Of a DNA stretch of 64,000 nucleotides, positions 20,011-29,798 are shown piece after piece. The stretch is from positions 1-64,000 of the forward strand of contig DASXQR010000082.1 in NCBI GenBank assembly GCA_036507075.1, written 5' to 3'. Source of the DNA: Acidobacteriota bacterium. Lineage in GTDB: Bacteria; Acidobacteriota; UBA6911; JACQSX01. The notes below the pieces were generated by a model. That model worked only from the letters and a program-made list of their open reading frames with translations, was not told where the DNA came from and did not search any database. Position 1 is the first letter of the stretch, and every line of letters begins with the position of its first letter. The position numbers and the translations under genes were made by a program.

Positions 20011-21189
20011 ATGCGTGTCACAGTCTTGGGTCTTTTGCGTTTGCTGTCTGCTTCAGGCGTGTTCCTGCTTTTCGGCTCGTCCGTCAACGCGCAACATGTC
20101 AGGATCGTTCCTCAGTTGCCGGCCGGCGGCGAGGTGCAGGCCATCATCACGATCGGGAATACGAATTTCAGCGCAGCGGTCGCCGGGACGCTTGCCGTTT
20201 TCAACCCGGACGGTTCGCCGCGCGTGATTGGAATCGATGGAAGGGGCTCGGCTTCCACATTCGCCGTTAATGTTCCCGCCGGCCAGAGTGTTGTTCTTGT
20301 CACCACTCCCGGGGGCCCTTTGACCATCGGAATGGGGAAATTCACGTCTGATTTCCCTGCTGGAATAGTGGTCCGCTACCAATTGGGGGGAAGCCAGATA
20401 GGCGTTTCGGATTCGCCGCCGATCGCCAACGGTACCCTGGTCTTCAGCACCAGCGGCGGCAATGACACAGGACTGGCAATCGCCAACAGCGGAGCCACAC
20501 CCGTGAATCTTCGCCTCGTTTACATGGAGAATGGGCAGGCCGTAGAAACCGTGGATCCGCCGGAACTGAATCCTTTGGCGGTGAACGGTTCGGTGGCGAA
20601 GTTTCTCTCCGAGTTCGGTTTGAAACAAACGGGGAATCGAGTGTCCGGGCTGCTTCAAATCCTAACCAAAACCGGCGGGCAATTCTCGGCGCTTGGTCTG
20701 TTGCTGCGCGCCGGGCAACTCGCGTCGACCACTGTACTGCCTGCGGCAGCCGGGAGGCTTAGCCTCTTCGATTTCCGGAACCTGGGCTTTTTCGGCACCT
20801 GGACGAACACTACATTCAACAGCCAGGGACCGGCGGCCTTGATATTTGCTTATCACGGGCCGACCAACAGCGCGATCGTGATGTTTACCCTGGGGGGAAA
20901 TGTTTTTGGATCTCCGTCTACCTTCGCTCCCAATATTCTTGCGGCAACTTTCAACCCGGCTGGTTTTACCGCCACTGGAACCAGCACTGTATTTGGACCC
21001 ATGAGCATGGTCATCAGCCAGGACGGAAGCTTCACCATGACTGCCAACTCTGTGCCGTCCACGACAGTGGGAACTTTCCAGATGACAGGACAGGCGCGAC
21101 CCGACAAGGTTACAGGAACTTATACGCTGACTTTTAAGGCGGGCGGCAGCGCCAACGGCACCTTCACAATGAATAACGCCGGTCCGTAG
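20011..21189 (+). CDS. secreted beta-rich hypothetical protein
   Basis: Signal peptide, AAGGAGG SD, Gly/Thr-rich beta composition, DTGLAIAN motif. Confidence 0.8.
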   Translation: MRVTVLGLLRLLSASGVFLLFGSSVNAQHVRIVPQLPAGGEVQAIITIGNTNFSAAVAGTLAVFNPDGSPRVIGIDGRGSASTFAVNVPAGQSVVLVTTPGGPLTIGMGKFTSDFPAGIVVRYQLGGSQIGVSDSPPIANGTLVFSTSGGNDTGLAIANSGATPVNLRLVYMENGQAVETVDPPELNPLAVNGSVAKFLSEFGLKQTGNRVSGLLQILTKTGGQFSALGLLLRAGQLASTTVLPAAAGRLSLFDFRNLGFFGTWTNTTFNSQGPAALIFAYHGPTNSAIVMFTLGGNVFGSPSTFAPNILAATFNPAGFTATGTSTVFGPMSMVISQDGSFTMTANSVPSTTVGTFQMTGQARPDKVTGTYTLTFKAGGSANGTFTMNNAGP

Positions 21190-21192
21190 TCG

Positions 21193-21525
21193 CGGAGTGG
21201 GAGAGCGGGAGAGTGGGGGAGCGGGAGAGTGGGGGGAGTGGGAAGCGGGGGAGTGGGAGAGGAGGGAAGCGGGGGCACTGTGTTACGGGTTACCAAGCGC
21301 CCAATCCTGCGGAAGAAGGCCCATTTTCACGAGTTTTCCAACACGTCCAGATCTCGATGTTCTTGATGTTCTGACTCTTAGGCTTCTCCATGCCAAACAT
21401 AACTGGGCTACTTCAAAATCCACGAATATTTTTTCATGCTTACCACTTTATCCCCGCAAATCCCTCCTCTGCCCCTCTCCCACTCTCCCGCTCCCCCACT
21501 CTCCCGCTCCCCCACTCTCCCCCTT
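21193..21525. repeat. 8-bp tandem inverted array (GGGAGAGC/GGGGGAGT ... CTCTCCCG/CTCCCCCA)
   Basis: Arms at ~21193-21275 and ~21470-21525 between convergent genes; a related half-arm lies at 30883-30905. Confidence 0.8.
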
Positions 21526-21547
21526 CTGGCCGCCAGCAAGGACCTCT

Positions 21548-23074
21548 TCAGGGTTTAGACTGCGTGCCGTTGTTTACCATCAGCCTGCCGTTTCGGAAAA
21601 CATAGCGGATGCCCACCGGCGGCAAATCAGGGTGATCATAATTTGCCGGACTTGCCACCTTTTCCGCGTCAAATATGGAAATATCGGCAAAAAAACCCGG
21701 CTCGAGCCGGCCGCGCTTTTCAATCTTAAACCGGCGCGCCGGGCTATCAGTGATTTTATGCACGGCCTGCGCCAGCGTCAGCCATCCCAAATCGCGGCTG
21801 ATCTTGCCGAGCAGCGTCGGAAACGTCCCGTAAAGTCTCGGATGGGGCCGCCCACGCACATAGAACCCATCGCTGATCACGATTGACAGCGGATGCTCCA
21901 GTGTCTGCTTTAGATTCGCTTCGCTCTGGTTGAAGCATAGGATGTTCACAGCGCCACGCTCTGCATAGAGCAGGTCTAAAACAACCTCGACCGGACTACA
22001 GCCTCGTACCGTGCCGATCGTTTCAATGCTGCTTCCCACCAGGTTCGCGTTCTCTACCGATGCGACTGCCGAGACATAAATGTCGCTCCAGTTTTGGGCT
22101 GTGGTCGACAAGATCTCTTTGCCTATTAAGGCTCGCTGTCCAGCCTCGGTCAGCCTGCTCAGCATTCCTTTGATGCCGCCCCCGAGTGCCCACTGTGGAA
22201 GCAATTGCGTCAGGACCGTGCTGCCGGCCGTATACGGATAACAGTCAAAGGCGACATCAACGCCCTCATCCTTGGCCTTCTCAATCTTCTCCAGAGCGCT
22301 TGCCTGTTTGTTCCAGTTTGCGGGACCGACCGCCTGCAAATGGGATATCTGAAGGCGACAGCCGGTGCGCCTGGCAAGCTGCAGTTGCTCGCCCAATGCC
22401 GCTTCCAGTTCCGCCGAATAGCTGCGCATGTGTGTTGTGTAAATCTTGTCGTGGCGGGCTGCAACCGAACAGAGCCGCTCCAGTTCCTCGAAAGGAGCAC
22501 TCGCCCCGGGCGAGTACATCAAGCCGCTGGAAAATCCGCTCGCTCCTTCAGAGAGAGCTTCCGAGAGCCTCTGTTCCATAGCCTCAAGATCGCGCTCAGG
22601 CATCGGCCCGAGCCTGGCCCCCGCCTGCACGATTCTGAGAGAACCGTGCCCGACCAAAGAAGCGACACCGGCATACTTTGCAGATCTGGCTACGTCGGCC
22701 AGATATTCCCTTGCCGAATTCCAACCCCATTCTTCGTTGCCGCAAAAGATTCCGTTGGCAAAATCATGGAGCAACTTCCGATCTGGGGGCGCGGGATAGG
22801 GCGAGAAACCACAGTTTCCGACAACTTCGGTGGTAACGCCTTGGACGATCTTTTCCGGCCGATTTTCCAGGACTTGTAAATCCGAGTGACTGTGAGCGTC
22901 AATAAAACCAGGAGTGATTGTAAGTCCGCGGCAATCGATGACCGCAGCGTCGGCGGGCGCGTCAAACAAGCCTACCTCGGCGATTCGGTCCCCGATCACG
23001 AGCAGGTCGCCCGGGCTCGGCGGTGCGCCGGTGCCATCGATTAAGCAGCCACCGCGCAGCAGAATCTTTTCCAT
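21548..23074 (-). CDS. N-acyl-D-amino-acid deacylase (D-aminoacylase, amidohydrolase)
   Basis: PGFIDAHSHSD, QGVTTEVVGNCG, YTTHMR, LQISH, DCYPYTAGST, PHPRLYGTFP, GFFADISIFD. Confidence 0.92.
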   Translation of the reverse strand: MEKILLRGGCLIDGTGAPPSPGDLLVIGDRIAEVGLFDAPADAAVIDCRGLTITPGFIDAHSHSDLQVLENRPEKIVQGVTTEVVGNCGFSPYPAPPDRKLLHDFANGIFCGNEEWGWNSAREYLADVARSAKYAGVASLVGHGSLRIVQAGARLGPMPERDLEAMEQRLSEALSEGASGFSSGLMYSPGASAPFEELERLCSVAARHDKIYTTHMRSYSAELEAALGEQLQLARRTGCRLQISHLQAVGPANWNKQASALEKIEKAKDEGVDVAFDCYPYTAGSTVLTQLLPQWALGGGIKGMLSRLTEAGQRALIGKEILSTTAQNWSDIYVSAVASVENANLVGSSIETIGTVRGCSPVEVVLDLLYAERGAVNILCFNQSEANLKQTLEHPLSIVISDGFYVRGRPHPRLYGTFPTLLGKISRDLGWLTLAQAVHKITDSPARRFKIEKRGRLEPGFFADISIFDAEKVASPANYDHPDLPPVGIRYVFRNGRLMVNNGTQSKP

Positions 23075-23111
23075 ATGGCATGAGCCATGCCGCGACGAAC
23101 TTGCGCCGGCT

Positions 23112-26100
23112 TCAAAACAGCATTTTGAGCGCAAATTGGATTACGCGCGACCCGCCGGCACTGGTGATTTGCCCCATGCGCGTTCCGGCGCTCAAAGACG
23201 ACACCGGGTTGCCAAGATTGGGCCTGTTAAGTACGTCGAAGAACTCCGATCGGAACTGAAGTTTGAGCCCCTCCCTACCCGGCAGTTCGAAATTTTTGAA
23301 CAGACCGAGATTGACGTCGGAGGCACCCGGACCGATAAGGAGATTCCGACCCACGTTTCCGTAAGTTCCAGTCGCCGGCGGGCCGAAGGCAGCGCGGTTG
23401 AACCACGCCAGGACCTTCTCTCCCCGCGACCGGCTGCCGGACAGCGCCGGGTTCCCAACGAGGTTGGGCCGCTGCGCAGGGGTTCCGCTGAGGGCGTTAT
23501 CGGAGCCCGTCGTGATGTTTATCGGCAATCCGGACCGTGCCGTCACCAATCCAGTCAGTTCCCAACCTCCGGCGATTCCTCGGACAAGGGCGTGGCTGGA
23601 TGCGAGACTGGGGAGATCCCAAAGCCACGACAACGAGAAAATGTGTTTTGCATGGAAAGCGGACAAACCTTTCTCTGCGCTCAGATTTAAAGGATTGGGC
23701 ACCCCGGCGCCAAGCGAGATCTCTGAAAACTGATCGATGGATCGCGAAAAGGTGTAGGCCCACTGCAAGGAAAAGCCGTGGCTAAACCGTTTATAGGATT
23801 CCAACTGCAGAGCGTGATAGCTGGATTCCGAAATAGATGACGAACCTCTGAGGTTGCCAAATCCGGGAATAACGCGGCGTTGGTCGATGTTGCCGAGCGT
23901 GGCGCCCGGGGCAAAGACAGCCGGATTTTTCGATATGCCAACCAGCAAATGACGCCCCAGTTTTGCGACGTAAGCTATCTGCACGACCATGTCCTTGACC
24001 ACCTCACGCTGCAAGGTGAAGTGAAAGTGGTGCACGTAGGGAGTCGCCATGTTCAGGTCCGGAAAGGGAAACTCGGTGAAGGGAAGAAACCTGGGGTTGC
24101 TCAGATCCACCACCAGGGGAATTGGCGGCTGCCCCGCCAGCGGATCGGACAGAGTAGCCGGGGCATTGATCGAGTAGGTGTTGCGATAAGGTGGACCATT
24201 AAAAGTCGGGAAACTGTCGGCGTTCATTGTTTCATAAAATATGCCGTAGGCTGCACGGACGGATGTTCTGCCGTTGCCATACGGGTCCCAGGCAAATCCC
24301 AGGCGCGGGGAAAAGTTGTTCTTATCCGTCTTTCTCAGTCCGCGTGGAACACCCGGATCGCCCGGGAACACTATTCCTTTCGGCGCCGATGGTATTTTTT
24401 GCGACTGCAGGCCGAGCACAAACGTCGTAGCATAGTCCTTTGGATGCACCCATGGCGGAGACAACTCATAGCGCAGGCCGAGGTTCAAGGTGAGGCGTGG
24501 ATGCATCCTCCAGTCGTCCTGAATATAAGCGTAGGTGGCCGTTTGCAGCTTTTCCTCTTCGCTCACCGGACTGCTCAGCCTGTACACTGCGGCCTTCCCA
24601 AGTAGAAAGTCAGCAGCCGGATTACCGCTGAATGCTCCAGTGAAGTCCAAGCGACCCTCCGAGCTGAAGTAAGAGCGTTCCAGCCACCGATGCTTGAGCA
24701 CCTCGAGGCCCGCCTTCACGCTATGGACTCCCTTGGTCCAGAGAACGCCTTCACTGAATTGAATCGTTTCATTTACGGTTGTGTCATCCAGATTGCTGTC
24801 ATTGCCCAGAGTTATTCGCCCTGAAATATTCAGGTTTGGGGGAATCTTCCGCCCGTCTCCCACAATCGGGACCTTGGCGCCAAGATCAGAAAGGTGAACG
24901 TGGTTTGTGACTTCAATGGTGTTGATGTAGCGGTTGAAACTCAGACGGGCTTGATTCAGAAAGGTTGTAGCGACGTTGAATGTGTCGCCCAATGTGATGC
25001 TCTGAAGCCTGGCACCGCGCGACAACGGAAGATAACTTGGCACATTGCCGTCAAAAGTTTTTTCATCAATCTGATTAAAATTGTAGTGACCATCAAGCGT
25101 GTGCCTGCCCAGGTTACGGTCGACTCGAACTAGAACATTGTTATTGTCCCTGGGACTTGGGTAAGTAGTCCGCAGCCCTCCGTCTGGCTGATTGGGAAGC
25201 GGCATCAAACTTCGTGACAGCACATTACCGGACACCGAATCGATGCGGTTGGCTGGAATTCGATTGCCGGGGAATGGGACGCCGGTGAGAGGATCCCTGA
25301 CGGGACTGCTGCTGGCCGAGAAATCGCCTGTGCGTTCTGCAGCCGTGAGCGGGAAGGCCGAAGCTGACAGTGACGCCGGTCGAATCTTCAGCGCTTCGTA
25401 AGATCCGAAGACGAAAAGCTTATTTTTCTTAATCGGACCGCCGGCAGCGGCCCCGTATTGGTTTTGTATTAGCTGCGGTTTCTTCGGAACCAGCTGTGGA
25501 GGAGCGAAAAAATTGCGGGCGTTCAGGCTGTGGTTGCGCAGGAATTCCCAAACGCTGCCGTGTATCTCATTTGAACCGGACTTGGTCACCACGTTAAAAA
25601 CCGAGCCCGCGCTATGACCATACTCGGCGGCGAAACTGTTGGTTAACACTTTGACTTCCTGCAGGGCGTCCGGAGGCGGATAATTCAGACCGGTGTTCCG
25701 GAAGATGGCATTAAAGGGAGCACCGTCAAACAGGAACAGATTCTGATTACCGCGAGAACCCGACACGGAGACAGTGGGGCCATCCACATCTCTTGTGAAC
25801 GCCTGCGGCACGCTCAATTGAGAAACACCGGGCAACAGAACGGCCAGTCCAATCACGTTTCGCCCGTTCATCGGAAGCTCCAGCACGCGCCGCGCATCGA
25901 TCAGTGTACCCAGCACGGAGGATCTGCTGTCCACCAGCGGCGCTTCCGCGGTCACAGTGACCTGGTCCGAGACAGCCCCCATTTCAAGTTTTGCATCTAT
26001 ACGGACATTCTCATTGGCATTGAGAGTGACGCCTTCCTGACGGAACTGCTTGAAACCCAATCCTTCCACCACTACCGTATAGGTTCCGACCGGCATCAGA

Positions 26101-26312
26101 GGCAGGACGTATCCACCCGCTGAATTGCTCTGCACCATTCTCGTGATGCCTCGCTGCTCAAGAGTTGCGGTGACTTTGGCGCCGGGGACAGCCAACCCGG
26201 AAGGATCCGTGACAGTCCCATGAATAGTGCCCGTGCCCTGGGCCAATGCTGCAGTCCCAATGAAAAACGTCGTCACAAGGATCAAATAACCTGCTAATTT
26301 TTTGAAACCCAT
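23112..26312 (-). CDS. TonB-dependent receptor, Oar-like, with carboxypeptidase-regulatory-like N-terminus
   Basis: GTVTDPSG..VPGA, LPMNGRN, TKSGSNEIHGS.WEFLRN, YIQDDWR...LNLGLRYE, C-terminal RVIQFALKMLF. Confidence 0.93.
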   Translation of the reverse strand: MGFKKLAGYLILVTTFFIGTAALAQGTGTIHGTVTDPSGLAVPGAKVTATLEQRGITRMVQSNSAGGYVLPLMPVGTYTVVVEGLGFKQFRQEGVTLNANENVRIDAKLEMGAVSDQVTVTAEAPLVDSRSSVLGTLIDARRVLELPMNGRNVIGLAVLLPGVSQLSVPQAFTRDVDGPTVSVSGSRGNQNLFLFDGAPFNAIFRNTGLNYPPPDALQEVKVLTNSFAAEYGHSAGSVFNVVTKSGSNEIHGSVWEFLRNHSLNARNFFAPPQLVPKKPQLIQNQYGAAAGGPIKKNKLFVFGSYEALKIRPASLSASAFPLTAAERTGDFSASSSPVRDPLTGVPFPGNRIPANRIDSVSGNVLSRSLMPLPNQPDGGLRTTYPSPRDNNNVLVRVDRNLGRHTLDGHYNFNQIDEKTFDGNVPSYLPLSRGARLQSITLGDTFNVATTFLNQARLSFNRYINTIEVTNHVHLSDLGAKVPIVGDGRKIPPNLNISGRITLGNDSNLDDTTVNETIQFSEGVLWTKGVHSVKAGLEVLKHRWLERSYFSSEGRLDFTGAFSGNPAADFLLGKAAVYRLSSPVSEEEKLQTATYAYIQDDWRMHPRLTLNLGLRYELSPPWVHPKDYATTFVLGLQSQKIPSAPKGIVFPGDPGVPRGLRKTDKNNFSPRLGFAWDPYGNGRTSVRAAYGIFYETMNADSFPTFNGPPYRNTYSINAPATLSDPLAGQPPIPLVVDLSNPRFLPFTEFPFPDLNMATPYVHHFHFTLQREVVKDMVVQIAYVAKLGRHLLVGISKNPAVFAPGATLGNIDQRRVIPGFGNLRGSSSISESSYHALQLESYKRFSHGFSLQWAYTFSRSIDQFSEISLGAGVPNPLNLSAEKGLSAFHAKHIFSLSWLWDLPSLASSHALVRGIAGGWELTGLVTARSGLPINITTGSDNALSGTPAQRPNLVGNPALSGSRSRGEKVLAWFNRAAFGPPATGTYGNVGRNLLIGPGASDVNLGLFKNFELPGREGLKLQFRSEFFDVLNRPNLGNPVSSLSAGTRMGQITSAGGSRVIQFALKMLF

Positions 26313-26416
26313 ATTCCGCTCCAAAAAGTATCGGATTCGACCAGACGTCCAACTCCGCCGTCACTCTGTAGACAGACGGGAATGAGGTTCGCAACCTCAT
26401 TGCCCTTCGCCGCGCC

Positions 26417-26432
26417 GTCCAGTTAATTGGAC
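26417..26432. promoter_or_regulatory. putative IclR operator GTCCA-N6-TGGAC
   Basis: Palindromic half-sites downstream of the TonB receptor promoter; recurs at 26512, 27358 and 27453. Confidence 0.65.
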
Positions 26433-26455
26433 GGGCGGTCTTTTCGGGTCGCCCA

Positions 26456-26483
26456 ATTGTAGGAAAGCAGATCGGAGTGTCAA
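26456..26483 (-). promoter_or_regulatory. sigma70 promoter for the TonB receptor/D-aminoacylase operon
   Basis: TTGACA-16nt-TACAAT. Confidence 0.7.
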
Positions 26484-26556
26484 TATCGGCGGCGTGAAGG
26501 AGTCAAACGTTTTCCAGACTAATGGACAGAACTTCTAACTGGGTATCAGGGGAGGG

Positions 26557-27333
26557 TTATTTGAGGTGAAATCCCAGCACCCGGGAGATTGCTGAAGCGG
26601 CCTTTCTTATTTCGCCGGCCAGGAGCGGCACGTTCTCCGTTGTAATCTGGGTGGTGGTTCCTGAGACACTGATGGCGGCAATGGCGCTGCCCAGATGGTC
26701 AAAGATCGGAGCGCCAAGGCAGCGCAGTCCAATTTCGTCCTCTTCGTCATCCAGCGAGTAGCCCTGTTTTCGGATCTGTGCCAGGTCTCTCTTTAGCGCC
26801 TTTGGCGAAGCGATCGTGTTTTCGTTATGCCGTGGCAGACCGTGCTCGCGTATCAACAGATCCAGCTCCTCATCGGGAATGTGGGCGATCAGAGCCTTGC
26901 CCACTCCGGTGCAGTGCACGTCCATCCGCTTACCCAGCCAAGTGGCGAGTTTCAGCAATCCCGGCGGTTCGACCTTCTCGATCAGCACGGCTTCGTTCTG
27001 CTCCAGGATCGCCATATGCACCGTGAGACGGGTGCGCTGCATTAGAGCGTGCAGAAAGGGGGCAGCCTGTTCGCGCAATTGAATTCCGTTAACCGCCATG
27101 TTGGCCAGGCTGAAGATCTTCAGTCCAAAAAGGTAGCGGCCCGTTTTGTCGTTTCGCTGCAGGTAACCACAACGCTCCAGCGTCAGCAGCAGGCAGTGGG
27201 TGGAGCTCTTGGGCAGTTGCAATTTGCGAGTGAGCACGGAAAGAGTCAGGCCGGTCTTTGATTTTGCCAGCAACTCGAGAACCGAAAGCCCCCTCTCCAG
27301 GGCAGGCACGGAGGGAGTTTTTAGATTCGACAT
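26557..27333 (-). CDS. IclR-family transcriptional regulator
   Basis: VPALERGLSVLELL..LPKSSTH.LL.TL...GYL; HCTGVGKAL; GYSLDDEEDEIGLRCLGAPI. Confidence 0.95.
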   Translation of the reverse strand: MSNLKTPSVPALERGLSVLELLAKSKTGLTLSVLTRKLQLPKSSTHCLLLTLERCGYLQRNDKTGRYLFGLKIFSLANMAVNGIQLREQAAPFLHALMQRTRLTVHMAILEQNEAVLIEKVEPPGLLKLATWLGKRMDVHCTGVGKALIAHIPDEELDLLIREHGLPRHNENTIASPKALKRDLAQIRKQGYSLDDEEDEIGLRCLGAPIFDHLGSAIAAISVSGTTTQITTENVPLLAGEIRKAASAISRVLGFHLK

Positions 27334-27401
27334 TGCTTAAGCTCCTGCAAGTATTTTGTCTGACATTCTGGACAGGGCACACATTCTAACAGAGCTGGAA
27401 C

Positions 27402-27429
27402 TTGACAGTGCACCGGCCGTCTTTAGAAT
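27402..27429 (+). promoter_or_regulatory. sigma70 promoter for the aminotransferase operon
   Basis: TTGACA-16nt-TAGAAT, flanked by operator-like palindromes at 27358-27373 and 27453-27468. Confidence 0.7.
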
Positions 27430-27480
27430 TTTGACAGGCCAGATCGGCCAGCGTCCATGATTCTGGACGGCGTCTTCTTT

Positions 27481-28827
27481 ATGCCTGTTTCGAGCAGCAA
27501 CAGCCGGCGCTTTGAGCGAGCCTGCGAAGTAATCGCGGGAGGAGTGAACACGTCACTGCGCAGATTCCTCCCCAATCTCGTGTTCACTCAAGCTCAAGGC
27601 GCGATTCTTACAGACGCCAACGGAACCAGCTACATCGACTATCACTCTGCATTTGGCCCGATCCTCCTGGGACACAATTTCGAAGCGGTGAACAGGCGTG
27701 TGCTGGAGTCGATGCAACGGATAGACCTGGTCGGCGCGGGCACAATCGAACCGGAAATCGAGCTGGCCGCAAAGATTTGCAAGCATGTTCCCTGCGCCGA
27801 GCGGGTACTGTTTTGCAACAGCGGCTCGGAGGCGACTTACCAGGCGATCCGTTTGGCGCGCTCCGTTACCGGCAGAAAGAAATTGATTAAGTTCCAGGGC
27901 TGCTATCACGGCTGGCATGACGCGGTGGCGCTTAACGTCATTACTCCGTTCAACCGGCTGGGGCGTCACGACCCGCTTTCCGCCGGAAGTTTGCCGGAAA
28001 CCCTGGCTCAAACGATCGTCTGCTCATTTCAAAGCCTGGACCAGGTAGAAAGCGCAATCCTGGCAAACAGGGGGGAAATCGCCGCATTGATTCTGGAGCC
28101 TGTCCCCCACAATATTGGCTGCATCGTGCCAAAAACGGAATTCCTTGAAGATCTGCGCCAGATCACACACGATCACGGCATCATTTTGATCTTTGATGAA
28201 GTGATTACGGGGTTCCGCCATGGTTTGGGCGGGTACCAAAAGATTTGCGGCGTCACCCCCGACCTGACAACGCTGGGCAAGTCGATGGCCAACGGATTCC
28301 CCATGGCAGCCGTTTGCGGAAAGCGCGGACTGATGGAGCATTTCAATACCCATCCGGACGGGAACGTATTTTTCGCCGGGACTTACAACGGGCACGCAGC
28401 CGGCTGCGCGGCAGCTCTGGCCACGATTGAAGTACTGGAAAATGACTCAACATACGAGCATCTTTTCAAACTGGGCGAAAGAATGCGCCAGGGTCTGGCC
28501 GACATCATCCAGCGACTGGCGATCAAAGCCACCGTGGCCGGCTTCCGATCGGTTTTTCTGGTCTATTTCATGGAGGGACCGATCGAAAATTACCTGGACC
28601 TGACAAGGAATGACGCCGAGGCTTTTATCTCATTCCGAAGGAGGCTGATCGACAGAGGAATCTTTAAGCTCCCTATAAATTTGAAGCGAAACCATATCAG
28701 TCTGAGCCACACCAGCGCGGATGTAGAGCAAACCCTTGAAGCTTGCGAAGACGTATTGCGAAGCATGTTCAGCGGCAGATCCACGGCGACGACCAAGACG
28801 AGCCTGCCGGATGCCATTTCGGGTTAA
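27481..28827 (+). CDS. class III PLP aminotransferase, glutamate-1-semialdehyde aminomutase-like paralogue
   Basis: GGVNTSLR, FCNSGSEAT, KFQGCYHGWHD, LIFDEVITGFR, PDLTTLGKSMANGFP, AGTYNG; alternative start 27457. Confidence 0.9.
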   Translation: MPVSSSNSRRFERACEVIAGGVNTSLRRFLPNLVFTQAQGAILTDANGTSYIDYHSAFGPILLGHNFEAVNRRVLESMQRIDLVGAGTIEPEIELAAKICKHVPCAERVLFCNSGSEATYQAIRLARSVTGRKKLIKFQGCYHGWHDAVALNVITPFNRLGRHDPLSAGSLPETLAQTIVCSFQSLDQVESAILANRGEIAALILEPVPHNIGCIVPKTEFLEDLRQITHDHGIILIFDEVITGFRHGLGGYQKICGVTPDLTTLGKSMANGFPMAAVCGKRGLMEHFNTHPDGNVFFAGTYNGHAAGCAAALATIEVLENDSTYEHLFKLGERMRQGLADIIQRLAIKATVAGFRSVFLVYFMEGPIENYLDLTRNDAEAFISFRRRLIDRGIFKLPINLKRNHISLSHTSADVEQTLEACEDVLRSMFSGRSTATTKTSLPDAISG

Positions 28828-28834
28828 CCCGCCA

Positions 28835-29773
28835 ATGCGCTACTTTGTGATTCTGGTACTGGTCAATTTGATGTGGGCCTTCCAGTTCTCCGGGGCCAAG
28901 CTCGCCATGGCACAACTGGGACCCATCACTGTTGCCTTCCTTCCGCTTGCCATGTCGACGCTGTTGCTCGCGCCGTTCATTGTTCTGGAGCGCCGTCGCC
29001 GGGATGGGCAGCCCGCCGGCCGACCCCGGGTTGGGACGACAATTCTGCAATTTGCAGTCCTGGGCACGGCCGGTACAATCGCGGCGCAGTTGTTCCTGGT
29101 CTGGGGAGTGCAACGCTCGCTGGCCTCCAATGCCGCCGTCATCAACCTGACGATTCCTGTGTTGACAGCCGTGATTGCAGCCGTCCTTCTGCAGGAGCGT
29201 ATGACGCGGCTGCGGTGGATATCTTTTGCCCTGGCCATTGCGGGGGTTTTGCTGGTTTCGGATATGGAGTGGCGATCCCTCCAAATTTTCCATGGAAAGT
29301 ACCTCTTCGGCAACTTCCTTATATTTCTGAGTTGCTGCGGCAGCGCTTTTTATAATACTTACAGCAAGAAGCTGCTGCGACGCTTTGCACCGTCCGAGGT
29401 GCTCGTATACAGTTTCATCGTAGCGGACTTGATCCTGCTGGCCCTGATGTTGAAATATGAACCGGTTTCCTGGGCCCGGCTGGCCGCTCTGGAATCATCT
29501 GTATGGTTCAGCCTGCTGATAATCGCAGTGTTTAGTCTCAGCTTTTCGATGATGCTTTTTTTGTGGGTGATTAAACACATTGACGTCACTCAAGCATCTC
29601 TTTCAATCTATTTGTTGCCTGTGTTCGGCGTGATCCTCTCCAACCTGACGCTGCGCGAGAAGTTAACGCTGCATCTGGTGATTGGAGGCTTTCTGGTTTT
29701 CCTCAGCACATTTCTTGTCACCATCTATGAAGGACGCACCAGACGGCGAGAAGAGATCGCCCGCGCCGCCTGA
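28835..29773 (+). CDS. DMT/EamA-family transporter
   Basis: About 10 hydrophobic helices in two EamA repeats (…LLQERMT…; …LREKLT…). Confidence 0.9.
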   Translation: MRYFVILVLVNLMWAFQFSGAKLAMAQLGPITVAFLPLAMSTLLLAPFIVLERRRRDGQPAGRPRVGTTILQFAVLGTAGTIAAQLFLVWGVQRSLASNAAVINLTIPVLTAVIAAVLLQERMTRLRWISFALAIAGVLLVSDMEWRSLQIFHGKYLFGNFLIFLSCCGSAFYNTYSKKLLRRFAPSEVLVYSFIVADLILLALMLKYEPVSWARLAALESSVWFSLLIIAVFSLSFSMMLFLWVIKHIDVTQASLSIYLLPVFGVILSNLTLREKLTLHLVIGGFLVFLSTFLVTIYEGRTRRREEIARAA

Positions 29774-29798
29774 CGTTCGATCCAGGCAGGGAACCGCT

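Noticed and set aside
21197..21886. 229-aa plus-strand ORF
   Set aside because: Made of translated 8-bp repeats and antisense to the D-aminoacylase
27481..28827. Naming the aminotransferase hemL
   Set aside because: Catabolic context under IclR with no tetrapyrrole genes nearby; likely a paralogue
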